Origin: Octopus bimaculoides
Taxonomy: Eukaryota
Direction: 5' to 3'
Assembly: GCF_001194135.2 (NCBI RefSeq)
Contig: NC_068997.1
Coordinates: forward strand, 15,291,772 to 15,324,256
Length of the DNA stretch: 32,485 nucleotides
Shown: piece by piece, positions 1 through 10,477 of the stretch
Position numbering within the stretch: position 1 is the stretch's first letter
How the letters are laid out: each line of letters starts with the position of its first letter
Notes under the pieces: generated by a model
The model's database searches: none
Told to the model about the DNA's origin: nothing
The model's input: the letters and a program-made list of their open reading frames with translations, nothing else
Made by a program: the position numbers and the translations under genes

Positions 1-445
1 GTATGTGTGCGTGCCGATGTGTGCGTGTGTTTGTGAGTATGTGTGAAAGTGTGTGTGTGCTTCTGTGAGTATGTGTGTCTCTGTGTGTGTGCTTCTGCGT
101 GTGTGCTTCTGTGAGTGTGTGTGTGTATGTGTGCGTGCCGATGTATGTGTGTGTTTATGAGTATGTGTGAAAGTGTGTGTGTGCTTCTGTGAGTATGTGT
201 GTCTCTGTGTGTGTGCTTCTGTGTGTGTACTTCTGTGAGTGTGTGTGTGTGTGTGTGCGTGCCGATGTGTGTGTGTGTTTGTGAGTATGTGTGAAAGTGT
301 GTGTGTGTGTTTGTGAGTATGTGTGAAAGTGTGTGTGTGCTTCTGTGAGTATGTGTGTGTGCCAATACGTGTGAGTGTGTGTGTGTGTGCGTGTGCATGT
401 GTGTCTCTGAGTGTATGCTTCTCTGTGTGTGTGCGTGCATGCGCA
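1..445. repeat. (TG)n-based complex repeat with 124-bp higher-order period
   Basis: Landmark GCCGATG at 13, 137, 261 and GAAAG at 45, 169, 293 inside TG-rich sequence. Confidence 0.9.
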
Positions 446-470
446 CATTTGTGTGTTGTATATCTTAAAC

Positions 471-845
471 TCTTTTGCTTGTTCCAGTCATTGGATTACA
501 GCCATGCAGGGACACTAGTTGGAAGGAGTTTTTGTTGATCAAATCTGCCCCAATATTTATTTTCATGTCTACTACTTGTTTTATCAGTTTCAATTTGCAG
601 AACCACTAAGTTACAGAAGCAGAGGCAAACCAAGAAGTAGGAGACGAACACAACATTCACTGAAACACACACACACACACACACTTACACAACATGCACA
701 TATGTCAGATTGAGTTCTACACAGTTTTTGTTAATCAAATTGGTCTGCATTGGTTGGCTCAGCCTAGGGCTATAGCAGAAGATACTTGCCCAAAGGTGCC
801 ACTTAGTGGAATGAGCCCAAAACGAACTGAGAAATAGCAATGCCA
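471..845 (-). mobile_element. SINE family A, old degenerate near full-length copy
   Basis: Colinear with the copy at 24103-24518 (CAGTCATT-GACT..GCCATGC, AACCACTAAGTTAC, GGGCTATAG-AGAAGATACTTGCCCAAGGTGCC); central (CA)n linker. Confidence 0.75.
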
Positions 846-853
846 TTCATACA

Positions 854-1099
854 CAGTAAACCCGCTTCATATCACGGTTCACCTATCGTGGTTCACCTTT
901 TGTGGTTCACCCATCGCAGTTTATCATTTAAGCTTACGCCGATTCCTCCATGGTGTTGTTTTGCATTTATAATAAAATAAATATATATAAATTATAATAA
1001 TAATAATAATAAAACTATACAGCACAGTACTGTTTCTACTTCGTGGATTTTCACCTACTGCAGGGGTTTTTGGAACGTAATACTGTATATGGATTACTG
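854..1099. mobile_element. pogo/Tigger-like (Tc1/mariner superfamily) MITE
   Basis: Termini CAGTAAACC / GGATTACTG are imperfect inverted repeats, with TA on the right flank (CA on the left). Subterminal GGTTCACC x3 at left and TTTTCACC..GGAACGTAA at right, with an AT-rich centre. Confidence 0.65.
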
Positions 1100-1391
1100 T
1101 ACACAAATGTGGATGCGTATGTAGGTAAGCACATATAATTCTTCTTGTGGGTGACTTAGTTCTTATAATTGATTTTGTAGAAGATTTACAGATTTAAAGA
1201 GGAAATCTCTGGTCAAGAAGCAAAATCTAGAATCTAAAAGACTAAATTTTTATTAAAATTGTGGAAACTGACATGATTTTGCAGCCACCAAAGAAAAAGT
1301 GAATTTGATAAACAGGAAGAGAAATGGTAGAGAGTCAATGAAGTGTTATAGGTATTGAGTACTACCTTATATGGAAGATGTCTATTTCATT

Positions 1392-1545
1392 AGGAGTAGC
1401 TGTGTGGTAAGAAGCTTGCTTCCCAACCACATGGTTCCGGGTTCGGTTCCACTGTGTGGCACCTTGGGCAAGTGTCTTCAACTATAGCCTCGGACCAACC
1501 AAAGTCTTGTGAGTTGATTTGGTAGACGGAAACTGAAAGAAGCCC
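1392..1545 (+). mobile_element. SINE family A, 5' half (tRNA-like head plus CORE-like block)
   Basis: A-box-like TAGCTGTGTGGTAAG, B-box-like GGGTTCGGTTCC, then GTGGCACCTTGGGCAAGTGTCTT, which resembles the CORE-SINE motif; matches reverse complement of 24360-24518. Confidence 0.85.
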
Positions 1546-1550
1546 ATATG

Positions 1551-1608
1551 GACTGAACCCAGCATCATGTGGTTGGTAGCAAGCTACTTACCACACTGCC
1601 ACTCTTGC
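1551..1608 (-). mobile_element. SINE family A head fragment, inverted relative to adjacent copy
   Basis: Reverse complement aligns to 1392-1450 at about 80% identity (hand alignment). Confidence 0.8.
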
Positions 1609-1937
1609 AGTTTTATTTCAAGATTTCTTGCCAACAGAGTAAGAACCGGTTTCTAACCTAGATCCAAGGTTCCTTCATTGGAATTTCAATATCGACAACA
1701 TGGTATGTATGTATATGTGCAGATTTATATATATTGCTTTGTGTATGTTTTCTCATGCACATAGATGCATATCTAGACATGCTCATATATATTTAAATGA
1801 GAAACCTCTGGAAAGTTTTACAGATTTTTACAGTTCCACTGATGGATTGGATCTGTAGTCATCAAACCAGCTTTCTCCTTTCTGGTTTTGAGAAGCCTAA
1901 TTTGTCAAGATTGGTATTTAGGCAGTGTGTTACATCA

Positions 1938-2154
1938 TGTATGTATGTATGTATGTATGTATATACTTACACACATTTACAGTCATTCACACAAATATAT
2001 ACATTTAGAAATACACTCATAATCTCCATGAGATGCAACACACACACAGATACACATACACACACACATGTGCATAAATATATACATGCATATACAGACA
2101 TTCAAGCACAAGAAAATACACTTTCACATGTGTGCACACATAAGTAACTATATA

Positions 2155-2185
<31 letters not shown>

Positions 2186-2258
2186 GTATATACACACGTA
2201 CATATGTATTTATATATGTATGTATGTGTATATATATGTGTACATATATACACACATT

Positions 2259-2305
<47 letters not shown>

Positions 2306-2385
2306 NNNNNNNNNNCGTGCTGTATGTGTGTGTGTGTGTGTGTGTGTGTCTGTGTGTGTGCGTGCATATAAATATATACACCCAC
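1938..2385. repeat. Compound (TATG)n/(CA)n/(TA)n/(TG)n microsatellite with 10-N gap
   Basis: Direct inspection. Confidence 0.9.
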
Positions 2386-2668
2386 CAGTCTAGCTAATAA
2401 CTTGTCTATGATGTCATCTATTTGAGAAAAGGAGGAAAGGGCAGTTGGGTGTTGACTTGGCTTGGCTTAGGACTTCCTTGATCTCAATGTAAGCAGAAGG
2501 CTTAATACCATGTGGGGTTAGGTTAGGGGTCAGTAATATTTATGGAGATAGGGGATGGTTGTGGCGTCAGTAGCAGTGGTAATAGCAGTTATGGTGGTGG
2601 TGGCATTGGTAGCGGTGGTTACAGCAGTGATGCTTGTTGTTGTGGTGGTGGTGGTGGTGGTGATGGCA

Positions 2669-2806
2669 TTTATTTTATCAACCTCCAGAAAGGATGAAAA
2701 GTGAAGTCAACCTCAGCGGAATTTGAGCTCAGAAACGTAAAGACAAATTAAACGCTAGTTAAGCATTTTGCCCGCCATGCTAACAATTCTGAAAACTCGC
2801 CACCTT
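2669..2806 (-). mobile_element. SINE family B, 5' portion
   Basis: Reverse complement reads GGTGGCGAG..CAGAATTGTTAGC (A-box-like), GAGCTCAAATTCC (B-box-like), then GAGGTTGACTT..CTTTTCATCCTTTC..GGTTGATAAAATAA; similar to 3391-3515 and 28390-28445. Confidence 0.75.
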
Positions 2807-3390
2807 ATAATAACTCCCTTATTGACGTGACAGTGAAGGAAAATATCAATTAAATACTAATTGGGAGTTTATACTTTTTTCAAGGTCAAATTCACTGCGA
2901 AGTTCCAACCGATTTTGCTTTTTCCTCCATTGTATTGTCAACTCTAGAACATGTTTTGTAGCTAAACTAATTACATCTACATACATCACAGTCAATAATT
3001 TATGCAGCATGTGTCATCTCTTAAAATTTGTATCAAGAATATCTTTTACTCAGTGTGTGTGTACGTGTCTGTATTTTAACGATATCTGGCACCGTTGCAC
3101 TTGTCTTCGTGTTGTAGGAATCAAAGCATATAATAAAATATAGTGCAGTTCTATAAGTAACATAGTATAGGACTGTAATTAAACATTGATCTGTAATTAA
3201 AATGAGTAATGATTCCTATTATTAAATATTAATCAGAGAACATGTACATAAAAGAGAATTTATTGTGACATAATCAATAATGTTTGATTTTTTAAAAACT
3301 TCTTTTTAAATTTATTTATTTATTATTATTATTGTCATTATTGTTGTTGTTGTTATTGTTGTTAGTAGTAGTAGTTGCAGTACTGGTGGT

Positions 3391-3515
3391 TTACATTCTG
3401 AGTTCAAAAGCCATTGAGGGTAGTTCTGCCCGCCATCCTTTCGGGGTCAATGAGATAAGTACCAGTTGAGCCCTGAGAGTCAACATAATCGACTTTCCCC
3501 TTTCCTTCCCCCACA
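3391..3515 (+). mobile_element. SINE family B, partial
   Basis: TTCTGAGTTCAAA..GAGG..CATCCTTTCGGGGTCAATGAGATAAGTACCAG matches the family B core. Confidence 0.7.
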
Positions 3516-3529
3516 AAATTTTTAATAAG

Positions 3530-3600
3530 TTGTTGATTTGTTTGAATTAAATCCTTCAAGATGGTGCTCCAGCATGGTCACAGTCTAGTGATTGAAACAA
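3530..3600 (+). mobile_element. SINE family A 3' tail fragment
   Basis: CCTTCAAGATGGTGCTCCAGCATGGTCACAGTCTAGTGATTGAAACAAG matches tails at 13178-13266 and 24950-25031. Confidence 0.75.
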
Positions 3601-3759
3601 GTGTGTGTGTGTGTTTGACACTTTGAATTTTGTCCTTCACCACCACTTGACAACTGATGTTAGTTTCTTCTTGTCCCTGTAACTTCAGCAGCATATAAAC
3701 TGATAGGATACCAAATTTTTTAAAAGAAAGTACTAGAATTGATTTCTTTGGCTAAAGTT

Positions 3760-4328
3760 CTGTGATTCTCAACTGGGGTTCATATGACCCCTGGGGGGTT
3801 CATGGTAGACTTTTGGGGGTCCATGCAAGCAAAATAGTTATTTGGAGATCCATAGTAGGTTATTAACCCTTTCGTTACCAACCTGGCTGAAACCGCCTCT
3901 GGCTCTGTAGTACAAATGTCTTGTTTTCATAAGTTTTGAATTAAAATCTTCCACCAAACCTTAGTCACAATTTATGTTCCTAACACTAGCTTAATGATAA
4001 CGAAGTTATTCTACTAAATTCTTTGTTATATTTAAAGTAGTTGAAAGAAATACAGAGCATCTCGAAATAAATACAGTAACGAAAGGGTTAAGGGTCCATG
4101 AAAAAGTTTGCTTTAGATGTGTTTATTGCAGGAAACAACTAAATTTCTTTCTCTGATGTTTTACTTAGTTCAGCCTACACAAGTGAATGTGTGAAAAACA
4201 AAATAGGAATTTTGAAAGAAGCTTCTTTAAAACTACTTTTTAAATATCAAATGGCTATGGGGGTCCACCAGAATAGAATAGTAATCCAGAAAGGTCCATA
4301 GATTTTAAAAAATGGTTGAGAACCCCTG
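3760..4328. mobile_element. hAT (Charlie-like) MITE
   Basis: TIRs CTGTGATTCTCAAC / GTTGAGAACCCCTG (11/14 match); degenerate possible 8-bp TSD (GGCTAAAG vs AACTAAAC, offset by 2 bp); subterminal GGGGTCC motifs; related to 23350-23590. Confidence 0.75.
3867..4087. mobile_element. piggyBac-type MITE (221 bp)
   Basis: Perfect 12-bp TIRs CCCTTTCGTTAC / GTAACGAAAGGG flanked by TTAA at 3863-3866 and 4088-4091. Confidence 0.9.
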
Positions 4329-5207
4329 AACTAAACCCTTCAATGGCTGAATGGCTCTGAATGGCTGCAATCCAATGATTGAAACAAGTGAACGATTAAA
4401 GATAAAAATATGAAAAACACCAAAATCAGTCTAGTACTAGGGGTGGGGTGGAGGGTGGAGATAATAAACTGCCCCACCTGTAAAATTATTAGTCTTGTTT
4501 CTATATAAAAAAGTTATTATTTATATATTACCTCAGAAGAGATCCTGAACTGAAGCATAGCATTTTTTATATTGCTATCCAAATATTTCATTCTGATGTA
4601 AGAGACTTGAATTTGTCTTCTATACATAATATTCTCATCACATGTTGCAAATCTTTTGTTATCTTGTCCATGTGACCCGTGAATATCCTGAAAGCTGACC
4701 TCATCACTTCCCCTGTCTTCATCGTCAAAAAAAAACAAAAAAAACGATAAAATTCATTTTTAGTTTTTTAAAGTTTTTTGATGATAAAATTTGTTTAAAA
4801 TGTATAACTCTGAAAATTTCGTAATAATTAACAAAAAGAAATATTTCATTATTTATTTATTTATTTAGTTAGTTAGTTATTTTCATACCAGAAGCATCAT
4901 TATGTCAGAATTCTGTCTTAATAATGGGAAAATAAAACGAAAATCTTTTGGCAGAATCTCAGTTTTATGATAGAAATAATGGTATTTTTTTTTACCAAAT
5001 GTGGGACATTCTGAAACTACTTAAGAACGAAACTTACTTAATGTTTGGTTGGATGTTTAAGTAGTTGTTTGCTGTTTTGGGGGTTTTTTTAAAGTCATTA
5101 TTGTATGCCTATTCTTCCTGCTTAGTCTAAAAAAAAGGGGCAACAAACAGGATCCGTTTGATCTAATGAATGTTAGTAAACTTCCTGGAGGAGCAGTTTG
5201 GTAAAAT

Positions 5208-5244
<37 letters not shown>

Positions 5245-5245
<1 letters not shown>

Positions 5246-5392
5246 CTCTATAAAGCAGTGGGCATTAGGAAGGGCATCCAGCTGTAAAAACCATGCCAAA
5301 ACAAACAGTGGAGCTTGGTACTGTCCTTGGGATTGCCAGATCCTATCAAACCATCCAACTCATGCCAGATGTAAGATTGATATTAAATGACA

Positions 5393-5448
<56 letters not shown>
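5245..5448 (+). mobile_element. SINE family F 3' part with (GAT)n tail
   Basis: TTAGGAAGGGCATCCAGCTGTAAAAAC..CCATCCAACTCATGC..TTAAATGA(GAT)n matches 32220-32368; RTE-type 3' end. Confidence 0.75.
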
Positions 5449-5449
<1 letters not shown>

Positions 5450-5464
5450 CTAAGCAGTGGTGGT

Positions 5465-5770
5465 GGTGGTGGTGGGGACAAACGACAAACACAGGCATGA
5501 TGACTCACAGCCAACATGCTCCACCCCACCCCACCCCCACACGTATACAACAGGCTTCTTTCAGTTTCCATCTCCCAAATCCACTCACAAGATTCTGGTT
5601 AGCCTCTAGTAGAAGACACTTGACCAAGGTACCACACAGTGGAACAGAAACTGGAAACATGACTGGGAAGCAAACATTTTAAGATTCTTTTAATTTTTGT
5701 CTAAAAGATACACTCACAAGGATTTTGGCCACCCCAAGGCTATAGTAAAAGCCATTTGCCCAAGATGCCT
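5465..5770 (-). mobile_element. SINE family A 5' portion plus a second short fragment
   Basis: GGCTTCTTTCAGTTTCC..CAAATCCACTCACAAG..TAGTAGAAGACACTTGACCAAGG; a second ACTCACAAGG..GGCTATAGTAAAAG..TTGCCCAAG fragment at about 5712-5768. Confidence 0.7.
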
Positions 5771-6199
5771 ATTGTCTTTAAGAGCATCTTGGCCTGTATT
5801 ATCTAAAACATCATCTTCTTTATAAGGCAATAGCATGTGATTTGAGGTAGGCTGACTGTTATCTCTAGCTCGATTAAGTGACCATGCAAAGATGTTTTTG
5901 AAACACTGTTGAACAGTTAAATCAGATCAATAAATATTATCCATGTATTGAATATTGATTAAATATTGGAACCGTTTTGTGACTATTAACAATAATAAAA
6001 CGCATTTTCAAAATTTACATTTTTATTTTGAAATTATAAAAAATATATTCATCTAATGTAAAGTGTTCTCTTTCATGATCATCTCGTCTGTTCGTGAGTT
6101 GAGGCTCTGTGTCATCTGTAGGAAAATCTGGCTCAACAAATTCCTGTCTACTTATTGCAAGCATGCAACTGAGAATATTAGCATGGATGAAGGGTGGGG

Positions 6200-8076
6200 G
6201 AAGGGGGAGGAGGAAGAGGAGGAGGAAGAAGANNNNNNNNNNNNNNNNNNNNNNNNNNNNNNNNNNNNNNNNNNNNNNNNNNNNNNNNNNNNNNNNNNNN
6301 NNNNNNNNNNNNNNNNNNNNNNNNNNNNNNNNNNNNNNNNNNNNNNNNNNNNNNNNNNNNNNNNNNNNNNNNNNNNNNNNNNNNNNNNNNNNNNNNNNNN
6401 NNNNNNNNNNNNNNNNNNNNNNNNNNNNNNNNNNNNNNNNNNNNNNNNNNNNNNNNNNNNNNNNNNNNNNNNNNNNNNNNNNNNNNNNNNNNNNNNNNNN
6501 NNNNNNNNNNNNNNNNNNNNNNNNNNNNNNNNNNNNNNNNNNNNNNNNNNNNNNNNNNNNNNNNNNNNNNNNNNNNNNNNNNNNNNNNNNNNNNNNNNNN
6601 NNNNNNNNNNNNNNNNNNNNNNNNNNNNNNNNNNNNNNNNNNNNNNNNNNNNNNNNNNNNNNNNNNNNNNNNNNNNNGAAGAAGAGGAGGTGGAAGAAAA
6701 GGAGGAAGAAGAGGAGGAGGAAGAAGAAAAGGAAGAAGAAGAGGAGGTGGAAGAAAAGGAGGAAGAAGAGGAGGAGGAAGAAGAGGAGGAGGAAGAAGTG
6801 GAGGTGGAAGAAAAGGAGGAAGAAGAAAAGGAGGAAGAAGTGGAGGAGGAAGACGAGGAGGTGGAAGAAAAGGAGGAAGAAGAGGAGGTGGAAGAAAAGG
6901 AGGAAGAAGAGGAGGAGGAAGAAGAGGAGGTGGAAGAAAAGGAGGAAGAAGTGGAGGAGGAAGAAGTGGAGGTGGAAGAAAAGGAGGAAGAAGAAAAGGA
7001 GGAAGAAGAAAAGGAAGAAGAAGAAAAGGAGGAAGAAGAAAAGGAGGAAGAAGAGGAAGAGGAAGAAAAGGAGGAAGAAGAGGAGGGAGAGGAAGAGGGG
7101 GAAGAAGAAGAAGAGGAAGAAGAGGAAGGGGAAGAAGAGGGAGAAGAAGAGGAAGAAGGGGAAGAGGAAGGAGAGGGAGAAGAAGAGGAAGAGGAAGCAG
7201 GGGAAGAAGAGGAAGATGAGGAAGAAGAGGAAGAGGAAGAGGAAGAAGAGGAAGAAGAGGGAGAAGAAGAGGAAGAAGAGAAGAAGAGGAAGTGGAAGAA
7301 GAGGAAGAGGAAGCAGAGGAAGAAGAGGAAGCAGAGGAAGAAGAGGAAGACGAGGAAGAAGAGGAAGACGAGGAAGAAGAGGAAGGGGAAGATGAAGAAG
7401 AGGAAGAGGTAGAAGAGGAAGAGGAAGAGGAAGTAGAGGAGGAAGAAAAAGAAGAGCATGAGGAAGAGGAGGAAGAAAAAGAAGAGCATGAGGAAGAGGA
7501 GGAAGAAAAAGAAGAGCATGAGGAAGAGGAGGAAGAAAAAGAAGAGCATGATGAAGAGGAGGAGGTAGAGAAGGAGGTAGAGGAGGAGGAGGANNNNNNN
7601 NNNNNNNNNNNNNNNNNNNNNNNNNNNNNNNNNNNNNNNNNNNNNNNNNNNNNNNNNNNNNNNNNNNNNNNNNNNNNNNNNNNNNNNNNNNNNNNNNNNN
7701 NNNNNNNNNNNNNNNNNNNNNNNNNNNNNNNNNNNNNNNNNNNNNNNNNNNNNNNNNNNNNNNNNNNNNNGAGGAAGAGGAGGAGGAAGAAGCGGAAGAG
7801 GAAGAGGAAGAGGGGGAAGAGGAAGAAGCGGAAGAGGAAGAGGAAGAAGAGGAAGAGGAAGAGGAGGAAGAGGAGGAAGAGGAGGAAGAGGAAGAAGAGG
7901 AAGAAGAGGAAGGAGAGGATGGAGAGGAGGAAGAAAAAGAAGAGCATGAGGAAGAAGAGGAAGAAAAAGAAGAGCATGAGGAAGAGGAGGAAGAAAAAGA
8001 AGAGCATGAGGAAGAGGAGGAGGTAGGGGAGGAGGTAGAGGAGGAGGAAGAGGAGGAAGAGGAAGTGGAGGAGGAC
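6200..8076 (+). repeat. About 1.9-kb polypurine GAG/GAA tract with 27-30-bp higher-order units (two N gaps)
   Basis: Plus strand is almost purely A/G. The 30-bp unit GGAAGAAAAAGAAGAGCATGAGGAAGAGGA occurs x4 at 7441-7560 and x3 at about 7928-8017. Confidence 0.95.
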
Positions 8077-9344
8077 AAATATCTCCCTCAATATACAGCC
8101 TGCCATCTTAAGACAACAAAAAAAAAGGAGCTAACAAGGAAAGGGGATTCTTGCACACTATATTTGGAATGGTGAAAAGATGAGATGGTCACGAGCTGGA
8201 ATGTCTTTGATCAGAGGTCTGCTCTATGCAAGTTGATGTGATCTAAATAACAACAACAACAACAGCAACAGCAGCAGCAACAACAACCACAACAATGACA
8301 ACAACAACAACAGCAGTTGGAAAGAATGCAATAAAAGCCAAATGTTGCTTTGCTGATGACAAAACGGTAATGAAGGACAAATATATATTGAAAGGAAGAA
8401 GCAGGGTCCTTGTTGCTTCTCCTTCCCTTTCTGCCCCTCACCCCGCTGACACAAACGAGAAAGGATTAACGAAGACTCCCTAAAAGTTGAGGTCACATGT
8501 TATTGATGGCTCCTTTGTTTGTTTGTGTTTGCACTGTTTTTTTTTGTTCTTTTTGTTTTATTTAATTGTTTTATAAATATAAACCGTTTCCTTATGTCCA
8601 GAAATTTCGGTCTCCATATATTGACATGGACTGATACCGGATTAGTGAGCTGGATTAGCCAGTAACCCTTTAAACCTGATTTCCTTCACTTTTGCAATCA
8701 TTATTTCTGCCCCTTCACCCACACTTCCCCTACATACACACACGCACACACACACACACAAAGGTACACATGCACACACCCATATGCACATACACACGCA
8801 CACAAAAGATCTTGTAAGTACACTGATATTTTCACAAAGACATATATACACACATGCATATGCATATACACATATATACACTAACGTTATTCTCCTTCAT
8901 ATTCATATACATACATACACACACACATANNNNNNNNNNNNNNNNNNNNNNNNNNNNNNNNNNNNNNNNNNNNNNNNNNNNNNNNNNNNNNNNNNNNNNN
9001 NNNNNNNNNNNNNNNNNNNNNNNNNNNNNNNNNNNNNNNNNNNNNNNNNNNNNNNNNNNNNNNNNNNNNNNNNNNNNNNNNNNNNNNNNNNNNNNNNNNN
9101 NNNNNNNNNNNNNNNNNNNNATAATGTTCCAGTGACCTAATGCATTAGCTTTCTTTATTTGCCTTCATTTGTGAATATACAATTGTATTGTATAATGCTG
9201 AGCGTACATAATGAACAGATGTCCATATGATTTTTGCATACTGAAATTAATATTTCATGAAGAAGGTTATGAAATAGTTGTAATCATATGGAATTCATAT
9301 GGAAAATTAAATCTATCTCAATTCTTGTATCACCTGATGTTATG

Positions 9345-9381
<37 letters not shown>

Positions 9382-9384
9382 TAT

Positions 9385-9425
<41 letters not shown>

Positions 9426-9825
9426 GGTGAGCTGATATACATACATATATATATAAAATCTGCCTCAACAAAAGTGGATGTTAAATGATAACACTGATGA
9501 TCTCTGGACCAGGATTGAACTGAAAACCTTTATCTTTCATATATTGTCTTGATCACTATGCTTAGGTATCAGGTCCAACATATGTAAGAGAAAAAAAGTA
9601 GGCATCACCACTGAATGATAAACCTAGTCCTTGGGTGCCTTTCACAGAGTTCAGACTGTTACAAGAATACAGGCCAGAGTTTTGGTTGGTGTTTGAAAAA
9701 GCAGAAAAAGATATTTCTGAAAATGGAGTCGTAGGGAACCTTAAATAGGCATAGCAATTGTGGTTGGAACATCCTTTAGTTTTGATGTGCCCAGTCGGAG
9801 CATATAGTTTTTTTTTATATTGTTG

Positions 9826-10015
9826 TTTAGCACCAGCTCAATCCTGAATGAGCAAACTTATGATCAAAGGAATTCAAGGCATGACCATTCCATCTTTTTC
9901 GAATATATCAAACGTTACTTTATCTATTGAGTCCTTCCTTGTTTAAGAAAATAGAATGTAGATGGAGAAGTTGTTGTTGGCTCTGTTTCTAGTAGACTGA
10001 GTAAGCTAGTAGAGG
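9826..10015 (+). mobile_element. Unclassified dispersed repeat C
   Basis: TATGATCAAAGGAATTCAAGGCATGACCATTCCATCTTTT resembles 26803-26838 and the reverse complement of 31481-31520; related 3' pieces at 5825-5890 and 10135-10200. Confidence 0.55.
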
Positions 10016-10254
10016 TACATTTATTGTGTAGCTATAGCCTTCCTTATCCTGTGTTTTTTTTTTGTGTTTTTTACTTTTTTGGTCATCGTGTATCTGAGAA
10101 TGCATTATCCTATGTGGGCTTTTATTTTTTACAATGGTAAAGTGTGATTCAAGAGAGATTTTGCAGCTATTCTCAGCAGGTCAATTGACTACATAGAGCA
10201 GGGTATATTAATCATACAACCTATTGGCTTCATTCAGCTTGCAGCAATGTTCCA

Positions 10255-10477
10255 CTCATTTGTATTCAGATTGCTCTGTCAAACATATTCTTATTTATTC
10301 GAATCAGTTTGAATTAATCATGCATTATCTCACAGCTTCAGGCTATCAATCATGTGATCATATATCTTTAGTATGACATTGTATAGTATGTATGAGAGGC
10401 TGGATCTGGTCAGTTTGAACATAAAATATGTAGAATATTTGGGCCTGATATGACTGGTTTAAATTCTAAAGGATTAA
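10255..10477. mobile_element. Second putative piggyBac-type MITE, degenerate
   Basis: Right end TTCTAAAGGATTAA resembles an AAAGGG-TTAA piggyBac end; left end is eroded; recognition is partly from memory of octopus repeats. Confidence 0.4.

Larger units (their letters stand above)
3625..4408 (+). mobile_element. SINE family A 3' half, split by nested DNA transposons
   Basis: SINE sequence runs to ..GATTTCTTTGGCTAAA (3756) and resumes at AACTAAACCCTTCAA..CAATGATTGAAACAAG (4329-4390). Confidence 0.7.

Noticed and set aside
1611-1935. Sequence recalled as a dispersed octopus repeat
   Set aside because: No second copy, TIR or TSD visible in this window; needs a BLASTN or Dfam search.
4517-4738. 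Minus-strand 73-aa ORF with splice-like ends (4687-4532), plus an alternative frame EVMRSAFRIF..DLQHVMRIL resembling an EF-hand
   Set aside because: The EF-hand loop is too short, lacks the acidic ligands and ends in a stop. ORFs of this length are expected by chance, and it overlaps a plus-strand candidate.
8295-8483. FADD motif suggesting a reverse transcriptase
   Set aside because: No other RT motif in surrounding frames.
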